A stretch of 63,521 bases of DNA from Deltaproteobacteria bacterium (GCA_016283195.1 JAEEML010000089.1:1-63521); one strand, 5' to 3'; positions 28,305 through 38,116 are shown, counted from the first letter of the stretch. Notes: generated by a model from the sequence alone, not told the origin. Numbers and translations: made by a program.

Positions 28305-31300
28305 ATGAAAACACATAAAAGCCTTGTATCTGCCGGTGTTTTTTCTGCTTTCCTTATGCTCTTTTGCCTTGGCTGCGAAAAAAATAATGATGGAGCTATT
28401 ATTTTGCAAATCAGTGGCGATGTAGAGGCGCATGATCTCGATATTCGCTTTATAACTCTCGAAGAAGCTGCGGCTACCCGCTCGCAATGGCGGGCATATA
28501 ACCACTATGATATGAATATGAGTATTGAAGGTCGCGATATTTCAGCTGCCGGCGAGCCGGTGAGTATTCGAATAAAAGGCGGCGAAGGTTTGGAACTTGG
28601 TGAAAATATACTTGTTTGCGCCTGGGGAAGAAATAGAGGCGAAATCACTCCGCTAATGAGTGCGGCCACATTTTTTACCCTAAAGCCGGATGAGGTGAAT
28701 ATTATCTCGCTGGATTTAAGCACCGCTCGCCAGGATAACGATTTTGACTGTTTTTCGCCAGATGAAGAGCGCCCGCAAAAAAGCGGTGAGATTGAATTTT
28801 CTGGTACTTCACTTTGGGATTGCCAGGATGAATATAACGATGCCAATTTTTTACAAATGGAAGATTGCGCGAAAGATTACGATAACGATTGCAACGGTTC
28901 ACAAAATGTCGGCTGCCAGAATTGTCAGCCGGGAGCGGTAAAATATTGTTGGTATGGCAAGATTATCGACCCCACCGATGAAGAGCAAACCAAAGGCGGT
29001 GACTGGCGCAAAGCGGAACTGATGGCGCACAAAGGCAGTTATAACCTAATTTATCGGCCGACCGATTTTTATGATGCAGAGCGCAATGCTAAAGACGGCA
29101 CTTGCTTGGCCGGAGTGCAAACGTGCGTTTTTGATGAAAAAACAGGCCTTACCTCGTGGACTAAATGTATTGGTGAGCGGGGCATTAATGTTAAACCGGA
29201 CGGCTCTACTTGGGGAGTTAACGAGTGGGAAGAACCGGCAATATGCGATGGCAAAGACAATAATTGCGATGACCATGTGGATGTTTCTTATAATCTTAAT
29301 AATGGAGATTTTAGAGGAAAAACTAATTTTGATGCCGATGGCGATGGTTACAATATTTGCGGCACCTTTAGCCCGACAGAGGGAACTGTTACCGGTAGTC
29401 GCGAGGCTCTCATAGATTGTAATGATAACGATGCTCTCACTTACCCGGGGGCACCGCTGCGCTGTGACCGCAAAGCCGATTGCTTGAAACCGCAAATTGG
29501 TGGTGACGCATATTGCAGTGAACAAACAATAAGTTGTGTTACCAGCTATTATATGCAAGATGGCCGTTGTTATAAGGTAGATAACAAATACAATAGCCGT
29601 TGCGAGCAAAATGGCGAGGTAATTGATTGTGTGCCTGATGAAGCTAGTCGAGCTGAAAAATGTTTGCCAAACAGTGTAGGCAGTACTTCTGTACCGATGG
29701 ATGAGCCGCCAACCTGTAAAGAATACAAAGTAAATACTTGTGAAGGAGAAAAAGGTCCGGAATTTATGCCCAAGCCTGATGGCACTCGTGATAACTGTGG
29801 AACGATTGACTGTACGACTCTTTATTATGGGCGTGATGAAGAGGGAAAATGCTATGCTCTAACTCGCAATGATCCAAGCTCGCTAATTCATTCTGCCAAT
29901 GACAGCGATACTGTTAATCCTGTTTGCTTTAGTGGTTCTTGTCAAGATGCGCGTTCTGCTTGTTTGGCGCCTTATGGCGGAGGCGCGATCCAAAAAATAA
30001 AAATTTACCAGGGAGAAGAAGTACTAGGTTCTAAGATTTGTCTTGAAGAGGAATGTTATACGGAAGATACATGTATTCGGGGAAATCATATTCCGGAAGG
30101 AGAAGTCAGCTATTGTAAAGCGCAGGGGACATATTGTGCGGAAGGTAAAATATGTGATACAATAGGCCAATGTAGAAAAGCTGTTGACGATATTTGCTCA
30201 CAGAATGATGATTGCCCATCTGGCACCTTTTGCATTTGTACTAGTTCTCTTTGCCAAGAGCAAAAATGTCGCAGTATTGAAAACTCATTTGATTGTAAAT
30301 ATCTTACCGATGATGGAGATAGCGGCGTAGTTAATAGAGGCGTTACTGCTTATTGTACCGGTGCCTCTTTTTGCAATGGCTCTGACATGTCTTCCGGTGG
30401 GCCTGAATGTGTTGATAGCTATTTAGATCTTACTTGTGATAGTGGTGCTGAGCCGTCTATATCGGAATGCGGAACAGATGGTAATTATGTTTGCGGCTGT
30501 ACTAATAGCGGCTGCACAGGTGAGACTAAGTGTATTGGGAAAGATAACGAGTGCCAATATCATAATGGCACACAATATTATGCAATAGCACGCGGAACAA
30601 GCTCGCCATCATGCGCTAAAAGAGGTGGATTTTGTGATGGCGGAGGAAATTGTGTCAATAACTATGAAGGGTTAGAGTGTAACGGGACAGAAAGTAGTCC
30701 ATTACAATGCGGTACAGATGGAGAATTTATTTGTGGTTGTGAAGGCAGTAGAGAAACTGAATGCTTTAAGCATGTATGCGTGCCCAAGGATAAAGAATGC
30801 TCGTATCATTTTGGTGCAGGTTATGCTTATATTCCCCAAGGTGGTACAACTCTCACATGTAATGGTAATAACTTTTGTGATGGCAATGGGCACTGTATTT
30901 CTAAAGAAGGAGCTTTATGTGATAAAACCGAAGATTGTCATGATAGTAATCTAATTTGTGTTTGTACAAGTTCTAATTGTGAAGGCACAAAGGTTTGTAA
31001 GCCCAAAAAAGTTAATAATATTAGCAATAATTGCCGTTATAATGTCGGTGATGGTACTTATGCATATGTTAATAGAGGGGTTAGTTACTATTGTTCTGAT
31101 GGTGATTTTTGTGATGGTAACGGGAATTGTGTCTCCAGCTATGAAGGACTTATTTGCCATATAAATGCTGGTCCATCTAATGAAGAATGCGGGGCAAATA
31201 ATAGTGATTTTGTTTGTGGTTGTGGCAATCCAGTCTGTGATGACAATGAAATGCGTTGTATGAGAAAAGAACAATATGAGCGTAAGTGTATATATATTTA

Positions 31301-31745
31301 TAAAACCGAAGGTGGTTATGATTATTTTGCCCTGCAAGGCTATGAATCACCTTTATGTAATGATACTCATATTTGTGATTCCGAGGGTGAGTGTAAACTT
31401 AAGGATGGCCAAGAATGTGCAGATGACGATGATTGCAATAGCAATCATTGTGAATGTTTTGACGCCACTTGTACATTAAGAAAATGTCGTGCTAACGAAT
31501 GTGACCAATGTAAGTATGCAACATCTCTTGAAGGAGAATGTTCAGGTATGTTAGATGCTAACGTTGAAGATGGTTGTCTTCCTTATGAATCTGATGATAA
31601 TCATTCGGCACAGGCTTGTAATGGTAACGGAGAATGTAAAATAAAAAGTGGAGAACGTTGTTATACTGGTTCTGGACAAGATGAAAGATGTATATCAAAT
31701 AACTGTAAACTAAATCACATGTTTGGCCAATATTTATGCAAGTAA
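28305..31745 (+). CDS. Composite Cys-rich lipoprotein (MopE-like CDGxDNxCD motifs plus tandem ~95-aa Cys modules)
   Basis: ATG 28305 with GAGGGG upstream; the ORF track starts at TTG 28287. Lipobox FCLGC. CDGKDNNCDDHVD and DCNDNDALTYPGAPLRCD match the 'putative metal-binding motif' of MopE-like or myxobacterial proteins. nt ~30290-31400 encode 4-5 modules of the form C-x-Y..G.Y...G...C...FCDG.G.C...YEGL.C....ECG...CGC. Confidence 0.8.
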   Translation: MKTHKSLVSAGVFSAFLMLFCLGCEKNNDGAIILQISGDVEAHDLDIRFITLEEAAATRSQWRAYNHYDMNMSIEGRDISAAGEPVSIRIKGGEGLELGENILVCAWGRNRGEITPLMSAATFFTLKPDEVNIISLDLSTARQDNDFDCFSPDEERPQKSGEIEFSGTSLWDCQDEYNDANFLQMEDCAKDYDNDCNGSQNVGCQNCQPGAVKYCWYGKIIDPTDEEQTKGGDWRKAELMAHKGSYNLIYRPTDFYDAERNAKDGTCLAGVQTCVFDEKTGLTSWTKCIGERGINVKPDGSTWGVNEWEEPAICDGKDNNCDDHVDVSYNLNNGDFRGKTNFDADGDGYNICGTFSPTEGTVTGSREALIDCNDNDALTYPGAPLRCDRKADCLKPQIGGDAYCSEQTISCVTSYYMQDGRCYKVDNKYNSRCEQNGEVIDCVPDEASRAEKCLPNSVGSTSVPMDEPPTCKEYKVNTCEGEKGPEFMPKPDGTRDNCGTIDCTTLYYGRDEEGKCYALTRNDPSSLIHSANDSDTVNPVCFSGSCQDARSACLAPYGGGAIQKIKIYQGEEVLGSKICLEEECYTEDTCIRGNHIPEGEVSYCKAQGTYCAEGKICDTIGQCRKAVDDICSQNDDCPSGTFCICTSSLCQEQKCRSIENSFDCKYLTDDGDSGVVNRGVTAYCTGASFCNGSDMSSGGPECVDSYLDLTCDSGAEPSISECGTDGNYVCGCTNSGCTGETKCIGKDNECQYHNGTQYYAIARGTSSPSCAKRGGFCDGGGNCVNNYEGLECNGTESSPLQCGTDGEFICGCEGSRETECFKHVCVPKDKECSYHFGAGYAYIPQGGTTLTCNGNNFCDGNGHCISKEGALCDKTEDCHDSNLICVCTSSNCEGTKVCKPKKVNNISNNCRYNVGDGTYAYVNRGVSYYCSDGDFCDGNGNCVSSYEGLICHINAGPSNEECGANNSDFVCGCGNPVCDDNEMRCMRKEQYERKCIYIYKTEGGYDYFALQGYESPLCNDTHICDSEGECKLKDGQECADDDDCNSNHCECFDATCTLRKCRANECDQCKYATSLEGECSGMLDANVEDGCLPYESDDNHSAQACNGNGECKIKSGERCYTGSGQDERCISNNCKLNHMFGQYLCK

Positions 31746-31767
31746 GTTTAATAAATATTGGCCATAA

Positions 31768-32292
31768 TTAATTAACTTTTGTTAAAATTTTTTCCACCCC
31801 CAGTATGCCCACTCCGCAGAGCACGCTTAAGCCCGCCGCTTTGTCGGTGAGCGTTTCTATGCCGTTATAGCCCATTAAAAAAAGAGCCAGAGTGGCTAAA
31901 ATAAAAGCACATATTGCCGAAGCTTTATCGCTTTTGGCATCCAGAGCGTAAAAAATGGCGGCCGCAGCGGCAAGACCATGCCACTCAGCCAGCCACATGG
32001 GCCAAAGGCGCACCGGCTCCGGCGCTTCGGACGTCCAGCGGTAATCACCCATAAAATAGGTGAGAGCCAAAGCTAGTAGGGCCAAAGTGAGGGCCAGAGC
32101 CGAGCTGGCGTAATCTTGGCGCCATTTGATGAGCAGCAAAGCAAATAGCTTAATTATAGCCATAATAAAGAAAATACCGGCAATATAAGCGGGGTAATAA
32201 ATGGCCGGGACAGGCAAAAAGGCAGCTATAATAAGAGCCAGAAGGCCGCTGCCAAGGTAGATAAAAAAGGCATATTTGGCAAAAGAGGCCAT
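31768..32292 (-). CDS. Multi-pass membrane protein, unknown function
   Basis: About five hydrophobic helices. Begins 4 nt after the stop of the upstream KAAP-repeat gene. Confidence 0.6.
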   Translation of the reverse strand: MASFAKYAFFIYLGSGLLALIIAAFLPVPAIYYPAYIAGIFFIMAIIKLFALLLIKWRQDYASSALALTLALLALALTYFMGDYRWTSEAPEPVRLWPMWLAEWHGLAAAAAIFYALDAKSDKASAICAFILATLALFLMGYNGIETLTDKAAGLSVLCGVGILGVEKILTKVN

Positions 32293-32295
32293 GAG

Positions 32296-33180
32296 CTAGC
32301 CGAGGCGGTAGTGGTCTAAATCTTTCACATCAAACCAGCTGGGCAGCTCGATGCCCTGCGCGGCCATTTTGGCCGGCATCTCCTCCACAACCAGGTTAAA
32401 CTGATGGCGCACCTGCCCGGTCTCCCGTTGCAAAAGGCCATAGAAAAAGGTTGTAACATCAGTAACTTGCTCAATGGCGATGAGCGCAAAACGTTGTCTG
32501 TCGATATTGGCTAAATCGGAAATGAGCTGCACGCCGTACCACTGGGCCCAGGTGGCAACTTTGTTAAAATCGCCAAGCCCGGTGGAAAAATAGAGCTCCT
32601 TGGGGATAAATAGCTCGCTATCGGGCTTTAAGTGGCCCTCTTTTTCCAAATCTTTCATCCAGCTGCGGGCTCTAAGCTTTAAGGCACTTCTGGAAACCGG
32701 CAATTCCATGCTGGCCGGGGGCAAGGAGAGAGTGACGCCAAATTGCGATTTAGGCAAAACCGGCGCCGGCGCTTTGGGGGCGGCTTTGGCTTTTGGTTTT
32801 CCGCTTTTGGCATCTGCTTTGGGAGCAGCTTTTGGAGCAGCTTTTGGAGCAGCTTTGGAGGCTGGTTTGGCCGCTTGGGCTTCCGCTTTTGGCGCCGCTT
32901 TTGTTTCCGCTTTTGGTGCAGCTTTGGGGGCCGGTTTGGCCGCTTTTGTTTCCGCTTTTGGCGCAGCTTTGGTTTCCGGCTTGGTAGCTTTTACCTTTGG
33001 CTTGGCAGCTGCCTTGGTCTCCTGCTTTGGGGCTTTAACTTTGGCTTTGGGAGCGGCGGCGCTTTTTTCTGGCTTAGGCGCTTTTTTAGTTTGGACTTCC
33101 TCCGGCGCTTTTACTGCACTTTTAGAAGCCGTTTTGGCTGCTTTAGTTTTTTCTTTATTCTCTTTTTTCTTTTCGCTCAC
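32296..33180 (-). CDS. Lys/Ala/Pro-repeat (histone H1/AlgP-like) protein with a ~150-aa unknown C-terminal domain
   Basis: GTG 33180 preceded by GGAGG; ORF-track start TTG 33198. Residues ~20-150 are KAAPKA / ETKAA / AKPA repeats. The C-terminal part (SRSALKLRARSWMKDLEKEG...WAQWYGVQLISDLANIDRQRF...) has no motif I recognise. Confidence 0.65.
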   Translation of the reverse strand: MSEKKKENKEKTKAAKTASKSAVKAPEEVQTKKAPKPEKSAAAPKAKVKAPKQETKAAAKPKVKATKPETKAAPKAETKAAKPAPKAAPKAETKAAPKAEAQAAKPASKAAPKAAPKAAPKADAKSGKPKAKAAPKAPAPVLPKSQFGVTLSLPPASMELPVSRSALKLRARSWMKDLEKEGHLKPDSELFIPKELYFSTGLGDFNKVATWAQWYGVQLISDLANIDRQRFALIAIEQVTDVTTFFYGLLQRETGQVRHQFNLVVEEMPAKMAAQGIELPSWFDVKDLDHYRLG

Positions 33181-33274
33181 TTTAGCCTCCCAAAACAACA
33201 GCTTTAGTATAAGGCAGAGCCCCCTTATTTGCTATAGTTTTCCCCAAGCGCGAAAAATTTTTTTAAAATTTTAC

Positions 33275-33290
33275 TTGAATAATTATTCAA
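33275..33290. promoter_or_regulatory. Perfect 16-bp palindrome TTGAATAATTATTCAA, candidate ArsR/SmtB-family operator
   Basis: Lies 69 nt upstream of the cadC-like start. A second palindrome TGAATATTCA (33324-33333) sits inside TGTTCA-N18-TGAACA. AT-rich TGAA...TTCA inverted repeats are typical of CadC/CzrA/SmtB operators. Confidence 0.45.
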
Positions 33291-33358
33291 ATGTGCTAAC
33301 AGTTGAGCAGATGTTCAAGTGAATGAATATTCAAATGAACAAGCAGGAGGAGGAACAA

Positions 33359-33718
33359 ATGGTAAAAAACGAAGCAATATGCGACTGCGAAGTTATTCAC
33401 ACCGAGCTGGTAGAAAAGGTAAAAGGGCAGCTAAAACCCGATGAAGTAATTTGCGATTTGGCTGATTTTTTTAAGATTTTTGGCGATACCACCCGGGTAA
33501 AGATTCTCTATGCCCTAGACCAGAGTGACCTTTGCGTGTGCGATATTTCGGCTCTCTTGAATATGACCGTTTCGGCCATTTCGCACCAGCTTAAAATACT
33601 GCGCGAGGCCAATTTGGTGAAAAACCGCCGCGAGGGCAAGATTGTTTATTACAGCCTGGCCGACCGTCATGTGCAGGAAATTATCGAATGCGGAATCGAG
33701 CATATTTCTGAATTATAA
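33359..33718 (+). CDS. ArsR/SmtB-family metal-responsive repressor (CadC-like)
   Basis: ATG 33359 follows AGGAGGAGG. N-terminal Cys pair (ICDCE) plus the CVCD helix-3 site, and the HTH region SAISHQLKILREANLV. Confidence 0.85.
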   Translation: MVKNEAICDCEVIHTELVEKVKGQLKPDEVICDLADFFKIFGDTTRVKILYALDQSDLCVCDISALLNMTVSAISHQLKILREANLVKNRREGKIVYYSLADRHVQEIIECGIEHISEL

Positions 33719-33730
33719 GAGGAGAAGAAA

Positions 33731-35821
33731 ATGAATCACCATGAGCATGAGCACAAAGAGGGGCATAGCTGCTGCCACCACCATGGGCATGAGCACGGCG
33801 CTTGTCATTGTCATAGCCATGAGCATGAGCATGAAGAAGGGCCTGGCTGCTCTCATCACCATGAGCACGAGCACGGCGAGGAAGAAGAGCTTTCCACCAA
33901 AATGCTCATTTTGGCCGCCGCGCTATTTGCCCTTGGCCTTTTGGCCGAGCACTTGCCAATAAAAAATTGGCTTAGCGGCATAAACCAAGCGGCTACAGTT
34001 CAGCAAATAACATGCCTTATTTGTTACTTTTTTGCCTATATCATCGCCGGCCGTGCTAGCCTTAAAAGAGCCTTTTTGAATCTCATTCACGGCCGCCTGA
34101 TGGATGAGTCATTTTTAATGTCCATCTCCTCTATCGGAGCAATTTTATTAGGAAAATATGAAGAAGCTGTGGCTATTATGGTGCTCTATCAGGTGGGCGA
34201 AAAATTTGAAGATTATGCCACCGATAAATCGCGCGATGCTATTGCCGAAATTGCCAAACTGCGCCCCGACCACGCCACCATAAAGACTTTGGAAGGCAGC
34301 AAAGATGTGCCGCTGGAAGAGGTTGAGAAGGATTCGCTCATCATTGTGAAACCGGGAGAGCGCATTCCCATTGATGGCATTATAGCCGATGGCGAAAGCT
34401 TTGTGGACACGGCCGCCCTCACCGGTGAAAGCCTGCCTCGCCATGTGCAGGTTGGTGATGAAGTGCTTTCCGGCTCCATCAATAAACAGGGCGTATTAGA
34501 AATCCGCACCACCCGTTATGCCGGCGATTCCGCGCTGGCCCGCATTTTGCAACTGGTGGAAAATGCTAGCGAAAATAAAACCAAATCGGAGCAGTTTGTC
34601 ACCCGCTTTGCCCGCGTTTATACGCCGATTGTGGTGGCCGCCGCTCTGGTTTTAGCTATAGTGCCCAGCCTTATCAGCGGCTTTAAAAGCGGTGATTTTT
34701 CCTGGCAGGCTACTTGGGCCGATTGGGTCTATCGGGCGCTCATGTTTTTGGTGGTTAGCTGCCCCTGCGCTATTGTCATCTCCATTCCGCTCTCATTTTG
34801 CGGCGGCATTACGGCGGCAGCCCGGCGCGGGATTCTTATCAAGGGCAGTGTTTATTTGGAGGCTCTGGGGCGCACGCAAATTGCCGTTTTTGACAAAACC
34901 GGCACTTTAACCAAGGGCAATTTTGTGGTTTCTCATATTCATGCCACCAATGGCGCTATTACCGAGGATGAGCTTTTAGCTCTCGCTACCCATACCGAAA
35001 TGTTTTCCACCCACCCCATCTCCGCCTCGCTCAAAGCGGCACATCATGCTGACTGCTGTGACCGGGTAAAGCTGGAAAATGTGGAAGAAATAAGCGGCGA
35101 AGGTATTAAGGCGCTGGTGAATGGCAAAGAGGTTTTGGCCGGTAATACCAAACTAATGGAGCGCTTTGGCGTAAAATACGACGAATGTCCGGAACACCGG
35201 GACGGCACTATTGTCCATGTGGCCAGTGCGGGAATATATAGCGGCCATATTGTTATCAGCGACGAGATAAAAGATGATGCCGAAGAGGCTCTTAGGGCTC
35301 TTAAAGCAGCTGGGGTAAAAGATATTGTCATGCTAACTGGCGATAATCGCAGCGCAGCGGAAATTGTGGCCAAGAAACTGGGGATAGCGCGAGTTTTCAG
35401 CGAACTTTTGAGTGCCGACAAGCTGGCCAAAGTAGAAGAACTTTTAGCCACTTTAAGCGCTGGTGGCCAAAAGAGCGGCAGCCTGATTTTTACCGGTGAT
35501 GGCATTAATGATGCTCCCGTTTTGGCAAGAGCCGATGTGGGCATTGCCATGGGCTCAATGGGGAGCGATGCGGCAATAGAAGCGGCTGACATTATTATTA
35601 TGGAAGATAAGCCGGCAAAAATTGCCGAAGGGGTGGCCATAAGCCGCAAAACACTTAGAATTGTTTATGAAAACCTCATTGGCTCCCTGGGCATAAAGGC
35701 CACTATATTAATCTTTAGTGCTCTGGGCCTCTCCTCTATGTGGCTGGCTGTTTTCGGCGATGTGGGCGTGACTATTTTGGCAGTCCTGAATGCGCTAAGG
35801 CTATTAGGTAAAGCCAGATAA
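33731..35821 (+). CDS. P1B-type heavy-metal (Cd/Zn/Pb-type) translocating ATPase with a His-rich N-terminus
   Basis: CPC (VSCPCAIV), DKTGTLT, HP (STHPIS), GDGINDAP. The first ~55 aa are His/Glu/Cys-rich (HHEHEHKEGHSCCHHHGHEH...) in place of a GMxCxxC HMA domain. Confidence 0.92.
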   Translation: MNHHEHEHKEGHSCCHHHGHEHGACHCHSHEHEHEEGPGCSHHHEHEHGEEEELSTKMLILAAALFALGLLAEHLPIKNWLSGINQAATVQQITCLICYFFAYIIAGRASLKRAFLNLIHGRLMDESFLMSISSIGAILLGKYEEAVAIMVLYQVGEKFEDYATDKSRDAIAEIAKLRPDHATIKTLEGSKDVPLEEVEKDSLIIVKPGERIPIDGIIADGESFVDTAALTGESLPRHVQVGDEVLSGSINKQGVLEIRTTRYAGDSALARILQLVENASENKTKSEQFVTRFARVYTPIVVAAALVLAIVPSLISGFKSGDFSWQATWADWVYRALMFLVVSCPCAIVISIPLSFCGGITAAARRGILIKGSVYLEALGRTQIAVFDKTGTLTKGNFVVSHIHATNGAITEDELLALATHTEMFSTHPISASLKAAHHADCCDRVKLENVEEISGEGIKALVNGKEVLAGNTKLMERFGVKYDECPEHRDGTIVHVASAGIYSGHIVISDEIKDDAEEALRALKAAGVKDIVMLTGDNRSAAEIVAKKLGIARVFSELLSADKLAKVEELLATLSAGGQKSGSLIFTGDGINDAPVLARADVGIAMGSMGSDAAIEAADIIIMEDKPAKIAEGVAISRKTLRIVYENLIGSLGIKATILIFSALGLSSMWLAVFGDVGVTILAVLNALRLLGKAR

Positions 35822-35873
35822 TCCGCAGGGTATTGCCCACCAATTTGAAAAATTTATCTATATATTTCAGTAC

Positions 35874-37445
35874 TTATTGTAATGATGTTACTAGTTTCTC
35901 GGCCAGCATTATGCCGTCAAGAGCGCTCGAAGTTATGCCGCTGGCATAGCCGGAACCCTCGCCGATGGGGTAAAGGCCGCTTTTGCCTAAAGCGGTAAAG
36001 TGCTCATCTCTCAAGATGCGCAAGGGATTGGAGGGGCGCGATTCCAGGCCGATTAAGAGGCCCTCTCTAAGGGGCGGCACCTCGCTCACCAGTTTGTTTA
36101 GGGCATGTTTTAGGGCATCTTTGGCAAAGCCCGGCATGATTTCGCCAAAATTTACACTGGCCAGCGGCCGGCGGTAGCTGGAGAGCGGCAGCGCGGCGCT
36201 CGTTTTTTCACCAATAAAATCAGTGATTTTTTGCGCTGGGGCGGCAAACTCCCCGCCGGCGGCGGCAAAAAAGCGCTTTTCGAGGGCCCGCTGAAATTCC
36301 ATAATGGCGAGCGGCCCGGAAAAAGCCGCCGGCAGATCTTGGGCGCCATATTCGCAAATAAAAGCGGCATTGGCAAAGGGGCTAGCCCGCTTGCTGCCGC
36401 TCATGCCGTTGACCGTGAGGCCGCCAGCCTCGGTGGGCGTGGGAATGACTAGGCCGCCGGGGCACATACAGAAGGTATGACAGGGGCGGCCGCCTAAAGG
36501 GGCACTATAGAAATATTCGGCCGCCGGCAAACCCGGCAAATTAGCCCACTTACCGTAGCGCCACTCATTGATTAGCTTTTGCTTGTGTTCCACGCGCACT
36601 CCCAGAGCGGCCGGCATAGGTTCCATGGCAATGCCCTGGCGGTAAAGCTCGGCCCAGAGGCGGCGAGCGCTATTGCCGGTAGCCAAAATGGTGCCCGTGG
36701 CCCAATAGCGCTCGCCGCCTTCAGTGAGCACACCTAAAACTCTATCTCCCTCTATTATAAGCCTTTTTACTGCTGTATTAAAGATGAATGTCACGCCAAG
36801 CTCAATTAGCCGCCGCCGCCAGCTAGCCAGAAGTGTTACCAGGCGGTCGGTGCCGATATGGGCATGGTAATCAATAGCCAGCGACTCTTCATCCAAGAAG
36901 CGGGCGAGTTCTGCTAAAAACCAATCTACTCGCAGATCGGCCCGGCGGGTGTATATTTTGCCATCGCTATAGGTGCCGGCCCCGCCTTCGCCAAAAGAGA
37001 GATTGGAAGATTCATTGAGCTCGCCGTTTTGAAAGAGAGCAGCCACATCATGGCTGCGCTCTTCCACCATTTTGCCCTGCTCGATGATGGTGACTTCCTG
37101 GCCGGCAAGAGCCAGAATATAAGCGGCACTAAGACCGGCGGGGCCGGCACCGATTATTATATAGCTCTTTTTTTTACCCGCTGGCGGCGGCGGCGTCCAG
37201 AGTGCGGGCAGCGGGCGCAAAAGCTGCCGCTTTTCCGGCTTTAGTGCGCCCGCGTCGATTGCCACATTTAGGCCATAGACCCAAGTGGGGCGGTGACGCA
37301 CATCGAGTGAGCGCCGCGCCAGGCTAATAGCTTTTATTTTTTCGGGATTTACCATAAGCCGCTCGGCAGCAAGCTCAAGAAGCGTGGGCTTTTCTTCCCC
37401 AAAAGGGCGGCGCACCTCGGCGAGTCTGTAATTTAGTACGGGCAT
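35874..37445 (-). CDS. FAD-dependent oxidoreductase (COG2509-like)
   Basis: Dinucleotide fold IIIGAGPAGLSAAYILALAGQEVTIIEQG. Length and layout are typical of uncharacterised FAD dehydrogenases. Confidence 0.7.
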   Translation of the reverse strand: MPVLNYRLAEVRRPFGEEKPTLLELAAERLMVNPEKIKAISLARRSLDVRHRPTWVYGLNVAIDAGALKPEKRQLLRPLPALWTPPPPAGKKKSYIIIGAGPAGLSAAYILALAGQEVTIIEQGKMVEERSHDVAALFQNGELNESSNLSFGEGGAGTYSDGKIYTRRADLRVDWFLAELARFLDEESLAIDYHAHIGTDRLVTLLASWRRRLIELGVTFIFNTAVKRLIIEGDRVLGVLTEGGERYWATGTILATGNSARRLWAELYRQGIAMEPMPAALGVRVEHKQKLINEWRYGKWANLPGLPAAEYFYSAPLGGRPCHTFCMCPGGLVIPTPTEAGGLTVNGMSGSKRASPFANAAFICEYGAQDLPAAFSGPLAIMEFQRALEKRFFAAAGGEFAAPAQKITDFIGEKTSAALPLSSYRRPLASVNFGEIMPGFAKDALKHALNKLVSEVPPLREGLLIGLESRPSNPLRILRDEHFTALGKSGLYPIGEGSGYASGITSSALDGIMLAEKLVTSLQ

Positions 37446-37447
37446 AA

Positions 37448-38116
37448 TTAATTAATTGGTGGAAAATATTGCAAAATTTGCTTGAAACTACCGCTCTCTA
37501 CAATGTGCTTGGCCGCGGCATTTACCGCCGGATCTTTGGGCATATAGCCAATGCCCAGCGCGGCGCTTCTTAAGGCATCCAGGTCATTTATATGGTCGCC
37601 CACAAAGGCGCAATTTTCTAAAGTGAGACCACGGCTTTCGGCTATTTCTTTAAGCGTTTCCGCCTTGCCAGGAGAATCAAAGCGCGAGGCGGTGCAGCCG
37701 GTTAAATAACCGTTTTCGTCAAATTGCAAATGGTTCATAAAAGCAAAATCAAAAGGCACATCTTTTAATAATTCATCGGTTACAAGGTCCAGCGTGCCGG
37801 AAATGAGGCCGATAATATAGCCGCGCCGCTTGAGCTCCAAAAGCGTTTCTTTGGCATCTTGCGTAAGTCCAAGATTTTCTTTGATAATCTTTATCATTTC
37901 CTCTTTTTTGGCGTGAGCATCTATCCAGCACTTAACATCGAGGCGCACCCATTCTTTAAAAGCGAGTTTGCCCTCTTTAAAAAGGCGATAGCGTTCCACA
38001 CCAAGCTGCGGATCCACCATGTAATGATTATGAAAAATCTGCCACACCACCACATTGGCATCGTGCTGCACCAGGGTGCCGTCCACATCAAAGCCGATAA
38101 TTTTAATGTTTTGCAT
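37448..38116 (-). CDS. HAD-superfamily hydrolase (phosphoserine phosphatase-like subfamily)
   Basis: Motif I FDVDGTLV and motif IV GDHINDLDA. Confidence 0.75.
   Translation of the reverse strand: MQNIKIIGFDVDGTLVQHDANVVVWQIFHNHYMVDPQLGVERYRLFKEGKLAFKEWVRLDVKCWIDAHAKKEEMIKIIKENLGLTQDAKETLLELKRRGYIIGLISGTLDLVTDELLKDVPFDFAFMNHLQFDENGYLTGCTASRFDSPGKAETLKEIAESRGLTLENCAFVGDHINDLDALRSAALGIGYMPKDPAVNAAAKHIVESGSFKQILQYFPPIN

Noticed and set aside
28227-28505. 92-aa minus-strand ORF overlapping the start of the Cys-rich lipoprotein gene.
   Set aside because: It overlaps the well-supported plus-strand start (RBS, signal peptide, lipobox). It has no motif and would sit immediately downstream of the GT2 gene's own start, on the wrong side.
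32600-33322. 240-aa and 154-aa plus-strand ORFs opposite the KAAP-repeat gene.
   Set aside because: They are mirror images of the Lys/Ala/Pro repeat (Gly/Phe/Ala/Leu low complexity). The minus-strand frame has an RBS, a globular C-terminal domain and operon context.
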